Part shown: one piece after another, positions 49,822 through 59,591 of the stretch
Layout of the letters: every line of letters starts with the position of its first letter
Numbering within the stretch: position 1 is the stretch's first letter
Source of the DNA: an uncultured Erysipelotrichaceae bacterium
GTDB taxonomy: Bacteria > Bacillota_I > Bacilli_A > RFN20 > CAG-826
Reading direction: 5' to 3'
DNA: 64,000 bases
Assembly (NCBI GenBank): GCA_902800025.1
Contig: CADCDA010000003.1
Span: 102,372-166,371, forward strand
Translations under genes and position numbers: made by a program
The notes under the pieces: model-generated
Database searches by the model: none
Seen by the model: the letters and a program-made list of their open reading frames with translations, nothing else
Told to the model about the DNA's origin: nothing

Positions 49822-49912
49822 ATTTGATAATCAAGAGTTATTTATAACTCTTTTTTATTTAATCCTCTTGACAAGTGTTATATAATATAATCGTTTGTGG
49901 AGGAAAAGATTT

Positions 49913-51199
49913 ATGGGGAAACTTAAAACCGTACCAATTACTTTGATTACTGGTTATTTAGGAAGTGGCAAAACAACTTTAGTTAACCACATACTTCGAA
50001 ATAGTAAAAATCATAAAATGGCGGTTATCGTTAATGACTTAGGTGAAGTTAATATCGACGCTGAATTAATTGCAAAAGAAGGTATTGTTTCTGGAAAAGA
50101 CGATAACTTAGTTGCGCTTCAAAACGGTTGTATTTGCTGTACACTTAAGAAAGATTTAATCGAACAACTCGCCGATTTAGTTCAATCACAAAAATTTGAT
50201 CATATCATTATTGAAGCATCAGGTATTTGTGAACCAGTCCCAATTGCACAAACCATCTCATATATGGAAGAAGAGTTTAACAAAAAGGGATTACCAAAAT
50301 ATTACAAACTAGACGCAATTGTTTCAGTTGTTGATGTTTTAAGACTTAGAGACGAATTCGGCTGTGGCGAAGTATTTAAAGACACAGTCAGAGGAGAAGA
50401 AGATTTAGAAAATCTTGTTATTCAACAAATTGAATTCTGTGATGTTATCGTTCTTAACAAAGTAAGCGATATTTCTAAGAAAGAACTCGAAAGAGTTGAA
50501 GCTACTATTAGAGCTATTCAACCAAAAGCAAAAATCGTCTATGCTGATTACTGCAAAGTTGATGTTGATGACATCGTTGATACAAATCTCTTTGATTTCA
50601 TGAAAGCCAGTACATCCGCTGCATGGATTCAAGAATTTGAAGATTGGGACAACGAAGTTGATTCTGATTCTATTCACGAAGAAGAGCATCACCATCATCA
50701 CGACGATGATGACGATGATGACGATGACGATGACCACGATCATGAACATGAACATGAACACGAAGAACATCATCACCACCATCACCACCATCACCACGAA
50801 CATGGAGTGGGTGAAAACGATGATGAAGGTACTGCAGATGAATATAACGTCAACACTTTTGTTTATTATCGTAGAAGACCTTTCAATAAAGAAAAATTCC
50901 TCGAATGGGCAAAGAACGATCGTAGAAAAATCATCCGTAGTAAAGGAATTCTCTATTTTGAATCAGAAATTAAAAACGCTTATGTTTTTGAACAAGTCGG
51001 TCACCAAAGAACACTTAACATGTCTGGAAAATGGTATAGCGAAATTCTCTCCAAGCAACAACTTAAAATGCTTGTTGCCGAAGATAAAAACTTCGCTCAT
51101 GACTGGGATCCACAATGGGGTGACAAATTAATCAAGCTTGTCTTCATCGGTCAAAACCTCGATAAAGAAGGCATTAAAAAAGAGCTTGATCAAATATAG
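49913..51199 (+). CDS. COG0523 (CobW/YciC/ZigA-like) metallochaperone GTPase with an extreme poly-Asp/poly-His insertion
   Basis: P-loop GYLGSGKTTL, metal-binding GCICCTLK, and a C-terminal CobW_C-like domain. The insertion reads EEEHHHHHDDDDDDDDDDDHDHEHEHEHEEHHHHHHHHHHEH. ATG at 49913 after GGAGGA. The track uses an upstream TTG at 49895. Confidence 0.8.
   Translation: MGKLKTVPITLITGYLGSGKTTLVNHILRNSKNHKMAVIVNDLGEVNIDAELIAKEGIVSGKDDNLVALQNGCICCTLKKDLIEQLADLVQSQKFDHIIIEASGICEPVPIAQTISYMEEEFNKKGLPKYYKLDAIVSVVDVLRLRDEFGCGEVFKDTVRGEEDLENLVIQQIEFCDVIVLNKVSDISKKELERVEATIRAIQPKAKIVYADYCKVDVDDIVDTNLFDFMKASTSAAWIQEFEDWDNEVDSDSIHEEEHHHHHDDDDDDDDDDDHDHEHEHEHEEHHHHHHHHHHEHGVGENDDEGTADEYNVNTFVYYRRRPFNKEKFLEWAKNDRRKIIRSKGILYFESEIKNAYVFEQVGHQRTLNMSGKWYSEILSKQQLKMLVAEDKNFAHDWDPQWGDKLIKLVFIGQNLDKEGIKKELDQI
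50690..50800. repeat. low-complexity CAT/CAC/GAT/GAC codon-repeat tract encoding the Asp/His run
   Basis: Visible runs gatgatgacgatgatgacgatgacgatgac and catcaccaccatcaccaccatcaccac. These generate the spurious antisense ORFs in the track. Confidence 0.8.
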
Positions 51200-51249
51200 A
51201 ATCAAAACAAAAAAAAGAACGGTTCAAGCCGTTCTTTTCTTATACTACT

Positions 51250-52311
51250 TTATTCAACAGGCTTGATGTAGAAGTTACCGTAAGCTTGGATTAATGAAGT
51301 GACTGTAATAAATGAATGAGAATCAACCTTTTTGACTAAGTTCACCACTCGTTTCACTTCATTAGATGAAACAACCATATATAGGACGTTTTTATCAGCG
51401 TGAGAATATCCACCCTTACCTCTAACAATTGTTGTTGAATGTGGGAAATTCGCTATAAGAACATGCTCAACTCCATCAACAGAAGTAATAATTTGAAGTT
51501 GTACTTTCTTGTTTCTTGTGTTGATAAAATCGACAACTAACATTATGACGAATAGATAGACAACTCCGAACATAAAGTTGAGGAAACCGACTTGAACATT
51601 TTGTCCATTATTAATTGCGATTGTTAAGATTGAGAAGAGAATAATAATCAAGCTATTAATTGTGGTCGCATATTTACCTACACTTGTTGATTTTCTAAGT
51701 GAGAAATAATATGAGAAAACATCAATTCCACCACAGGACAATTCGTTTTTAAATGCGGTCGCTGATGCAATACCAATACATACGCCTCCAAATAATGCAC
51801 GAGTGAGTTGTTGCCCTTGAAGTTCAGCGGCTACTTGCTTCGCTAATTGGAAATCGAATTCTACACCAAAGAAATTACCACCGAGCATTTGAATAAAAAT
51901 TGAAGATAAGCCAACATTTATAAATGAAAGAATTGCAAATTTCTTTCCGATTTTGAAAAACGCGAATGTCAAAATTGGGATATTAAATGCAAAATAGCAT
52001 ATTGATTGAAGGAGATATTGGTCTACTCTGCCACCACTTAAATAAATAACTAGATAGAGTACTTGGGTAATTCCGCCTACTCCACCAGTAATAATTGATG
52101 ATCCAGCGACTGTCGAATGGTCCTCAACTGCAGGCGTGATAAAACAATAAAATGCGAACGCATAGAAAAGCGCAGACACCGCCGCAATAAAGACTCCCTT
52201 AGAGAAACCTAAAAAATCTTTTAGTTTGATGTGATCGTAGAAATAGTTGCTAACTTTCCTTCTAATTTTCTGAATTTTGTTCATAATTGTTTCAAAATGT
52301 ATTTTATACAT
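51250..52311 (-). CDS. YitT-family membrane protein (DUF161 plus C-terminal DUF2179-like domain)
   Basis: Five TM helices are followed by a soluble C-terminal domain (…RGKGGYSHADKNVLYMVVS…). 353 aa. The terminator AGAACGGTTcaAGCCGTTCT at 51210-51242 is shared with the convergent upstream gene. Confidence 0.65.
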   Translation of the reverse strand: MYKIHFETIMNKIQKIRRKVSNYFYDHIKLKDFLGFSKGVFIAAVSALFYAFAFYCFITPAVEDHSTVAGSSIITGGVGGITQVLYLVIYLSGGRVDQYLLQSICYFAFNIPILTFAFFKIGKKFAILSFINVGLSSIFIQMLGGNFFGVEFDFQLAKQVAAELQGQQLTRALFGGVCIGIASATAFKNELSCGGIDVFSYYFSLRKSTSVGKYATTINSLIIILFSILTIAINNGQNVQVGFLNFMFGVVYLFVIMLVVDFINTRNKKVQLQIITSVDGVEHVLIANFPHSTTIVRGKGGYSHADKNVLYMVVSSNEVKRVVNLVKKVDSHSFITVTSLIQAYGNFYIKPVE

Positions 52312-52473
52312 GAGTCCTTTAAATTACAACAAAGAACTGTTTAGAAAGCTCAGTTTTTTGTTTAATTTCTCTGAAATTAAGTTTTGAGAAAAATTCATGA
52401 TTATTTTATTGAAAATAACATTCATAAATGGTAATATTTACCTGCTATATCTTATATAGGAGGCAGTTTTATC

Positions 52474-53310
52474 ATGAAAATATTAAGAGCAATTGGAGCA
52501 TTCTTCGCCAAAATTGGACGTTGGATTGCAAATACCGCATGGATTCAACCATTGTTAATCGTTGGTGGTATCTTTGCAGTTATCTTCTCAATTCCATACA
52601 TCAAAACAGCGATTGAAAATGCTCAAATCGATAACACCGATCACGACTACGCATTTTATAAAGCGTTTGCACTCGATTTAGAAAAAGATGGCGAAGCTGA
52701 AAAATTAATGCAATATCTTGCCGAAGAAAACTACGAAGAAATCGATAAAAACTATGGTAAGAAATTCTTCTTAGCATTCGTTAAGGCTGATTGCGCTAGC
52801 TGCAAAGAATGTGTTTCTGGTTATAAAAACCTCTCTAGCAACTTCAGCACATGGGGATTAGATGAAGAATTCGAATTACACACAATTTTAGTTGATGAAA
52901 CTGATCCAAATGATGACAAAGTTTATCTTGCTAAAGAAATCATGAAGAGAAATGCTCAATTCTTCAACGATGTTACTGCCGCTTATGGTGAAGAAAGTAT
53001 TTCTGGAACATATGCCTTATATAAGAACAAGGAATCCATTAAAGATACCTACACATCAAATCTTAAGAAACTTTCCGACTCTGTCACCGAAACAAGTGAT
53101 GGTATCACCACTCCAATGATCTTCATGTATGATCACACCAAGATTGAAAATGACCCAAGTTATTTCCACGTCAGTGGTATTACCGCAATTATGTTCGACT
53201 ATACCGCACTTATCTCCGACACTGTTAACGATGTCACAAAAGGACAACTCCTTAGAGATTGCTGGAGTTACGGAAATATCTTCGATCCAACTTACTTAGA
53301 CAATAAATAA
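52474..53310 (+). CDS. membrane-anchored protein with a CxxC motif (possible thioredoxin-fold thiol-disulfide oxidoreductase), tentative
   Basis: N-terminal TM anchor. FFLAFVKADCASCKEC resembles the beta1-CxxC-alpha1 arrangement of TlpA/ResA-like proteins. RBS AGGAGG. 278 aa. Confidence 0.4.
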   Translation: MKILRAIGAFFAKIGRWIANTAWIQPLLIVGGIFAVIFSIPYIKTAIENAQIDNTDHDYAFYKAFALDLEKDGEAEKLMQYLAEENYEEIDKNYGKKFFLAFVKADCASCKECVSGYKNLSSNFSTWGLDEEFELHTILVDETDPNDDKVYLAKEIMKRNAQFFNDVTAAYGEESISGTYALYKNKESIKDTYTSNLKKLSDSVTETSDGITTPMIFMYDHTKIENDPSYFHVSGITAIMFDYTALISDTVNDVTKGQLLRDCWSYGNIFDPTYLDNK

Positions 53311-53351
53311 TATAATTATTTATAAAATGAAAACCATCCAGCCGGATGGTT

Positions 53352-53819
53352 TTATTTTTTAATTTTCTGATACACGCTATCAGGGACTAGTTTTGAAACA
53401 TCAACCCCACTATTAGCGAGTTCCATAATCGCGCTTGAAGAGATAAATGTTTTATCACCTCTTGCCATAAAGAACACCATATCAATTGATTCATCAACGT
53501 ATTCATTCGCACTGGCGAGTTGGAATTCATATTCGAAATCGGTAACCGCTCTTAAGCCTCTAATTAGATGAGGGGCATTATGCTCTTTTGCGTACTTAAC
53601 AGTTAATCCTTCGTAATAATCAACTGTCACACCTTTCATTCCTTTAACAGCGTCCTTAATCATTTCCACTCTTTCTTTTGGAGTAAAATTGAAATGTTTA
53701 TTAGGATTAACTGCCACTAGAACAATCACTTCGTCAAACACTTCGCACGCTCTATGGAGGATATCGAGATGCCCGTTGGTAATTGGATCAAAACTTCCAG
53801 GATAAATAGCTCTTTTCAT
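53352..53819 (-). CDS. coaD: phosphopantetheine adenylyltransferase
   Basis: YPGSFDPITNGHLDIL (the H/TxGH nucleotidyltransferase motif). 155 aa. Confidence 0.9.
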   Translation of the reverse strand: MKRAIYPGSFDPITNGHLDILHRACEVFDEVIVLVAVNPNKHFNFTPKERVEMIKDAVKGMKGVTVDYYEGLTVKYAKEHNAPHLIRGLRAVTDFEYEFQLASANEYVDESIDMVFFMARGDKTFISSSAIMELANSGVDVSKLVPDSVYQKIKK

Positions 53820-53823
53820 TTTT

Positions 53824-54378
53824 TTATTTCCTTAATACGATGACGGTTATTTCACCATAATGATACTCTTTTATTCTAACTTGCCAAAGAGGATTAATCT
53901 CAATGTTTCTTTTTGTTTCGATAGCGAGAGCACCATTTTTCGTTAATAAATCATTTTCAAAAATTAGTTTAAGAGCGATTTCATATCTATCTGATTCATA
54001 TGGTGGATCGAGATAAATAATATCAAAACTGCGTCCTTGATTTATGAATTTTGCTAAAGCAACTTCATCACTCATCTTTAAAACTTCAGATTTGTCTTTG
54101 ATGTTTAAAGAGTCAATATTTTTTCTTACATATCCAATAGATTCGTTATTTAAATCAACAAATGTCGCATAACTTGCGCCTCGAGATATCGCTTCAATTC
54201 CAATCGACCCACATCCTGCGTATAAATCTAAAAATGATTTTCCATTAATATCTCCTAAAGAAGAAAAGAAGGCTTCTCTTACGCGGTCTTTGGTTGGTCT
54301 AATTTCTTTATTATCTTCTGGGTAAAGGAGTTTACGGTGACGATATTCACCTGCAATAACGCGCATTGGCATCAGCAT
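53824..54378 (-). CDS. rsmD: 16S rRNA (guanine966-N2)-methyltransferase RsmD
   Basis: DLYAGCGSIGIEAISRGA motif I and DPPY motif IV. Synteny with coaD as in ylbH-coaD. Confidence 0.85.
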   Translation of the reverse strand: MLMPMRVIAGEYRHRKLLYPEDNKEIRPTKDRVREAFFSSLGDINGKSFLDLYAGCGSIGIEAISRGASYATFVDLNNESIGYVRKNIDSLNIKDKSEVLKMSDEVALAKFINQGRSFDIIYLDPPYESDRYEIALKLIFENDLLTKNGALAIETKRNIEINPLWQVRIKEYHYGEITVIVLRK

Positions 54379-54746
54379 TTCCCTCCTTTAAATTCATCTA
54401 ATAATATATTATTTATTTGTAAATATATATCTCTAACTCTGGAATAAACCGATAAATATTCTTTAACAAGAGGATGATTATTTAATTCTTCTTTAGCTCT
54501 TTGAAGTTCCTTTAAAGATTCGATAGTAACTTCATTATCTTCTCCATATAAATCTTTATTTGAAATATATCTCTCTAAAGCTTCGTCTTTTTTATTACTT
54601 AAAGTGTAGACTTCAAAACTATCATCAAGCTTTTTATCTAACTCATTTAGTAACTTGACATCTTGACTTTTGTTTAATTCTTCATTTATCTCGGATGCGA
54701 GATTATACACTTTTTCATCCATCTTTTGTATTATACAAGTTTGCAA
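54372..54746 (-). CDS. small coiled-coil protein in the ylbF/ylbG position upstream of rsmD (YlbF/YmcA-like?), tentative
   Basis: 124 aa of helical, charged sequence. Overlaps the rsmD start by 7 nt. The assignment rests on synteny only. Confidence 0.35.
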   Translation of the reverse strand: MQTCIIQKMDEKVYNLASEINEELNKSQDVKLLNELDKKLDDSFEVYTLSNKKDEALERYISNKDLYGEDNEVTIESLKELQRAKEELNNHPLVKEYLSVYSRVRDIYLQINNILLDEFKGGKC

Positions 54747-54777
54747 AGCAAAAATATATCATATATATTATTTAAGT

Positions 54778-55320
54778 ATGAAAATTAAATTAGTTAAGGA
54801 CAGTAATCCAATTATGAGAAAGAGGTCTCTACCAGTCGAACTTCCATTATCTAAGGAAGATAAAGACTTATTAGACTCCATGCTTTTATATTTAAAGAAA
54901 TCCCAAGATGAGAAATATGCAGAAAAGCATAATATCAAAGAAGGAATTGGGTTAGCCGCTATTCAAACAGGAAATCTAAAAAGAATGTTTGTCGTCTATT
55001 TCGATACAGGGGACGAACATGTCGAATATCAACTAGTTAATCCAAAGATTATTGAATCTTCAATTAAAAAAGCCGCTTTACAAAACGGCGAAGGATGCTT
55101 AAGCGTTGATGATCCTCACCCTGGATTAGTCCATCGTTGCTTTAGAATCAAGATGGAAGCTTATGATGCTTTAACTAATCAAAACGTCACTATCGACGCC
55201 AAAGGATTTAAAGCTATCGTTCTTCAACACGAATACGATCATTTAAATGGAATGTTCTATTATGATCATATTGATAAAAAGAATCCTGATTTAAAACTTA
55301 CAAACGAAGAATTGATTTAA
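54778..55320 (+). CDS. def: peptide deformylase
   Basis: GIGLAAIQ, EGCLSV and HEYDHLNG. These are the three PDF motifs. The first ATG is at 54778 (MKIKLVKD…). The track ORF begins at an upstream non-ATG start. Confidence 0.9.
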   Translation: MKIKLVKDSNPIMRKRSLPVELPLSKEDKDLLDSMLLYLKKSQDEKYAEKHNIKEGIGLAAIQTGNLKRMFVVYFDTGDEHVEYQLVNPKIIESSIKKAALQNGEGCLSVDDPHPGLVHRCFRIKMEAYDALTNQNVTIDAKGFKAIVLQHEYDHLNGMFYYDHIDKKNPDLKLTNEELI

Positions 55321-55332
55321 AAAAGAAGCTTA

Positions 55333-57096
55333 TTACTTCTTTTTATTTTGTGCTGGTGCCTGCGGTTTCTTTTCTTTCTCCCCTCTTAGTTTTTGAAGTT
55401 TAGCTTCTCCATGCACTAAATAGAAGGAAGGAGAGAACATGTTTTTAATCGTTCCACTAACAAGAGCGGGATTGATATTTCTTGATAAATTTCTGATAAA
55501 CGTCTTAACGCTATCGTCTTGATTTTCAATAATTGAATAAACAAATCTAAGGCCTGGGTTTTCAGACAATTCCATTGAGAAGACATCTGGATCCTTACCA
55601 AATATGATTGTGAAATATCTAGAAGAGGAAAATTCTAAGAAGAATAAACGAATAACCAAAAGTGTCTCGCTTTTACCACTTAATATAAATCTAGCGTCGC
55701 AAACACAATCAAAGAGATTGCCATAGAAATCATAAACATCTCTAACGCCACTACCAAAGTTAAATTTAATCTCCTTTTCTTTATGATTTTCTAAAACAAT
55801 AAACTTGTAGGTATCGCCTTCTTTTTCAAATCTAACCCCTTTAATTCCTTTTGCGTAGGTTCCTAATTCATTTTGTAAAATAAGAGGTAAAATGCCACAT
55901 GAATTAGAAATTCTTCCAAACGATTTATATTCCTTGTTAAGGATATCATCGAGATAATACATTAATTCATCGTAGTTTCTTAATTCCCTAGTTGCAGGGT
56001 GTTTACATAATTCAAAGGTTCCTTGTTCCTTTTTAGCAAAATATTTAGTGGTAATCTTAAAAAGATTAGAGCCGTGGAATGCTTCATTATTTGCACAGCA
56101 AGTAACCACAACAATTCCACTATTACGATGAATCATAATATTTTGATCATACATTCCGTTAAAATAACAAATATCATTTTTCTCATCGACCCACATTTGG
56201 AAGCCATAGTCATAAATATGGCCAAAGTCTGTCGCTGGGAATTGTTTATGACTCATTAAATAAATCCATTCTTCAGATAAGATTCTTTGGCCGTTATAAA
56301 CACCATTATCTCTAACTAAGATACCGAGTTTTGCCATATCTTCTGGAAGGATATATAAACCCCATCCACCTTTAAAATATCCCTCTAATGATGTATCAAG
56401 GTGAGTGCTATTCATATTTAATGGTTTAAAGATACGTTCGCCAACAAAATCAGCGAATTTCATTCCTGAGACTTTTTCAACAATCGCGCTTAGGATATAA
56501 GTATTCATTGAATTATATTCAAATTTTGTTCCAAATTTAAATTTAGATCTACTATCAAAGAATGATTTTACCCATCTAGTTGAACTCGCAGATTCCATTT
56601 CATTGAATTTGATACCAGTGGACATTGTTAAAAGATGTCTAACCTTAATCTTTTTGTTATTAACTACTGTTACTGCTCTTTCGTTTTTTAAAAGTTTACA
56701 AGCATAATCATCTAATTTGATTTTTCCTTCATCATAAAGTAGGCCAATTGCTAAGCTAACTAAAGTTTTACTGCTACTAAAAACACAATCCCATGAATCA
56801 TTGACGTAAGGATGTTCATATCTTTCAGCAACTATTTTATTATCCTTAATAATATAAATCCTATTTGGTCTAATAGAGAAATCACTATGAAGTTCATTAA
56901 AAAACGAATTTATATATTCTTCTGAATAGCCGCTATCTTCTGGTTTGCCTCTTTCTAAATGATTAATCTTTTCGTTTCTATCAAAAACTACAGGCTTATC
57001 TGGTTTTCCCTTTTTGCCTGTATAAATTGTAGATTTGGTCGAATCTAAATTCTTCGCTAATAAAAGTAAACTGTTTAAGGCACTACCTAATGGCAT
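55333..57096 (-). CDS. serine hydrolase of the beta-lactamase/PBP4* family (class C-like) with a C-terminal extension of about 200 aa
   Basis: SxxK motif (FSSSKTLVSLAIGLLYDEGK) in a beta-lactamase-like N-terminal 350 aa. 587 aa in total. Confidence 0.65.
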   Translation of the reverse strand: MPLGSALNSLLLLAKNLDSTKSTIYTGKKGKPDKPVVFDRNEKINHLERGKPEDSGYSEEYINSFFNELHSDFSIRPNRIYIIKDNKIVAERYEHPYVNDSWDCVFSSSKTLVSLAIGLLYDEGKIKLDDYACKLLKNERAVTVVNNKKIKVRHLLTMSTGIKFNEMESASSTRWVKSFFDSRSKFKFGTKFEYNSMNTYILSAIVEKVSGMKFADFVGERIFKPLNMNSTHLDTSLEGYFKGGWGLYILPEDMAKLGILVRDNGVYNGQRILSEEWIYLMSHKQFPATDFGHIYDYGFQMWVDEKNDICYFNGMYDQNIMIHRNSGIVVVTCCANNEAFHGSNLFKITTKYFAKKEQGTFELCKHPATRELRNYDELMYYLDDILNKEYKSFGRISNSCGILPLILQNELGTYAKGIKGVRFEKEGDTYKFIVLENHKEKEIKFNFGSGVRDVYDFYGNLFDCVCDARFILSGKSETLLVIRLFFLEFSSSRYFTIIFGKDPDVFSMELSENPGLRFVYSIIENQDDSVKTFIRNLSRNINPALVSGTIKNMFSPSFYLVHGEAKLQKLRGEKEKKPQAPAQNKKK

Positions 57097-57217
57097 AACT
57101 ACATTCCTAGTATTATTTTATAATCTCTTTATAAACAAGTATACAAAATTTAATATTTTGTGATAATATGAAAATATCATTTTTGCATAGCATAATGTAA
57201 TAAATCTTGGAGGATAT

Positions 57218-58891
57218 ATGGATAAGAAAATATCAAGGCCTGTTTCCATTTATGCTTTGGGTGGATTAGGCGAAGTCGGTAAAAACATGTACTGCTTTGA
57301 GAACGAAAACCAAATCGTCATTATCGATTGCGGTGTTAAATTCCCAGGCGTTGAACTCCCAGGAATCGATTATATCGTTCCTGACTTTACTCATTTAAAA
57401 AATAATAAAAACAAGATTAGAGCCTTAATTATCACTCATGGTCACGAAGACCATATCGGTGGCATTCCTTTCCTTATCCAAAATGTTAATATTCCAGTTA
57501 TCTACGCCCCAAGATTAGCAGCCGCATTAATCAAAAACAGACTCGAAGAATATCGCATGTCTGAACAAGTCAGAATTGTTGAATATAATAATGATTCCAA
57601 ATTCACTATTGGTGATTTTGATATCTCCTTCTTTAGAGTAACACACTCAATCCCTGATTCTTTTGGAGTCGTTATCAACACAAGCGAAGGTAGAATCGTC
57701 TCAACTGGCGACTTTAAAGTCGACCTCACCCCTATTGGACCTGATATCGAATTACAAAAGATTGCCGAACTCGGACAAGAAGGCGTTGATTTATTACTTT
57801 CAGATTCCACTAATGCGGAACAAGAAGGATATACGCCAAGTGAAAAGAACGTCTTTGATTCAATTAATGAAATCTTTAACGAAGCACGCGGAAGAATTAT
57901 TGTCAGTACATTCTCTAGCAACATTTCACGTATTCAACAAATTTGTGAATCTGCAGTAAGACATAATCGCAAAATCGCTATTGTCGGAAAGAGCATGGAA
58001 AAAGCCGTTGAAATCTCTCGTGGATTTGGTTACATCAAGATTCCAGATAATTCCATTATTAGCACCGATGATGTTAAAAACATCAAAGGAAGCGAAGTAC
58101 TTATTCTTTGCACCGGATCACAAGGTGAACCTAACGCTGCTTTAAGCAGAATTGCAAGCGGAGATCATAAAGACATTCATATCATCCCAGGAGATACAGT
58201 CGTTTTTTCTAGTAGCGCAATTCCTGGTAACGGCATTATGATCGCTCATATCGTTAACTTATTAGCAAGAAGCGGAGCTGAATGTATTACCAATTCCATC
58301 TTAGCGGATATTCACTCCTCAGGACACCCATCAAAACAAGAGTTAAGACTTGTCTTAAAATTATTTAAGCCTAAATATTTCATGCCAATGCATGGAGAAT
58401 ATCGTATGTTACGCGCTCACGCTGAATTAGCCGAGGAATTAGGTGTACCTGCCTCTAACTGTTTTGTGTTAGATAATGGCGATACTTTAGTGCTTGCTAA
58501 AAACAAAGTTTCAATTGGTTATCCAATGGAACATGGTGTTTCCTATATTGACGGCAAAGACATTAAAGGCTTAGCAAATGCTGTTATGGAAGACCGTAAA
58601 GTCTTAACAGAAGATGGTATGTTTATCATTGCCGTTTCTATTGATAGTCGTAATAACACTCTATTAATGGGGCCAGTTATTTATAATAAAGGCGTTATTT
58701 TAAGAAATAGTGAAAAAACACTTTTAGAAGTTGAAGAAATTGTAAGAACGTCTATTAAAACTGTTTTAGCAAATAAGCCTAATTTCGCTGAACTTAAAAA
58801 TATCGTAAAGGACGAAGTTTCCAAATATATTTATAGTAAGACCAAACGTAGTCCAATGATTATTCCAGTCATCATGAGCAAGAATCAATGA
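57218..58891 (+). CDS. rnj: ribonuclease J
   Basis: Metallo-beta-lactamase HGHEDHIGG, followed by the beta-CASP and C-terminal domains. 557 aa. Confidence 0.9.
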   Translation: MDKKISRPVSIYALGGLGEVGKNMYCFENENQIVIIDCGVKFPGVELPGIDYIVPDFTHLKNNKNKIRALIITHGHEDHIGGIPFLIQNVNIPVIYAPRLAAALIKNRLEEYRMSEQVRIVEYNNDSKFTIGDFDISFFRVTHSIPDSFGVVINTSEGRIVSTGDFKVDLTPIGPDIELQKIAELGQEGVDLLLSDSTNAEQEGYTPSEKNVFDSINEIFNEARGRIIVSTFSSNISRIQQICESAVRHNRKIAIVGKSMEKAVEISRGFGYIKIPDNSIISTDDVKNIKGSEVLILCTGSQGEPNAALSRIASGDHKDIHIIPGDTVVFSSSAIPGNGIMIAHIVNLLARSGAECITNSILADIHSSGHPSKQELRLVLKLFKPKYFMPMHGEYRMLRAHAELAEELGVPASNCFVLDNGDTLVLAKNKVSIGYPMEHGVSYIDGKDIKGLANAVMEDRKVLTEDGMFIIAVSIDSRNNTLLMGPVIYNKGVILRNSEKTLLEVEEIVRTSIKTVLANKPNFAELKNIVKDEVSKYIYSKTKRSPMIIPVIMSKNQ

Positions 58892-59454
58892 GATACATTC
58901 TAGCGAGTAAAAGTCCAAGAAGAAAAGATTTGATGAAATTTATTTCATCAGATTTTTTAGTTGCGGTTGAAGATATCAACGAAGATATCAGTTATAATCT
59001 TTCTCCTATTGACGCCGTTAAGGATATTGCATTAAGAAAAGGTGAGGCTGTTTATCAAAGCTTTCCAAGCGATTTAGTTATTTCTGCCGACACGATTGTG
59101 GTCATTGATAATAAAATAATTAGAAAACCAACCGATGAAAAAGATGCTTATAGAATCTTAAAGATGTTAAGTGGCAGAACCCACTACGTTTATACAGGAT
59201 ATGCAATTCATTATTTAAACAAAAACATCGTAAACTATGTAAAAAGCGAAGTCATCTTTAACGAATTAAGTGATGAACTCATAAATAGTTATATTAAAAG
59301 TGGCTCACCAATGGATAAAGCTGGAGCTTATGGAGCGCAAGATAGCGATCACCGTTATCCAATAATAAAAAACATCATCGGTAGTTACGATAATGTCATT
59401 GGCTTCCCAGTTAAAGAAATAAAAGAAGATATAGATAGAATATTGAAGAAGTAG
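58888..59454 (+). CDS. maf: Maf-family nucleoside triphosphate pyrophosphatase
   Basis: ILASKSPRRKDLM signature at the N-terminus. 188 aa. The start overlaps the rnj stop (ATGA). Confidence 0.85.
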   Translation: MRYILASKSPRRKDLMKFISSDFLVAVEDINEDISYNLSPIDAVKDIALRKGEAVYQSFPSDLVISADTIVVIDNKIIRKPTDEKDAYRILKMLSGRTHYVYTGYAIHYLNKNIVNYVKSEVIFNELSDELINSYIKSGSPMDKAGAYGAQDSDHRYPIIKNIIGSYDNVIGFPVKEIKEDIDRILKK

Positions 59455-59591
59455 TTACTACTTCTTTTTTCTATTCCAGACTAATAAAAATGTGATTGTG
59501 AAGAGAATGATTGCCACAAGCGCTAGAGCAATATATAAACTGCCATTCTTAAGAACATCGTTAATATAATCTTTAAAAGTAATAAAAACCA

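Noticed and set aside
50405-51131. Track ORFs 50405-50803 (-) and 50637-51131 (+) rich in M/V/I/T repeats
   Set aside because: They are alternative-frame and antisense readings of the CAT/GAT codon-repeat tract inside the COG0523 gene, so they are not independent genes.
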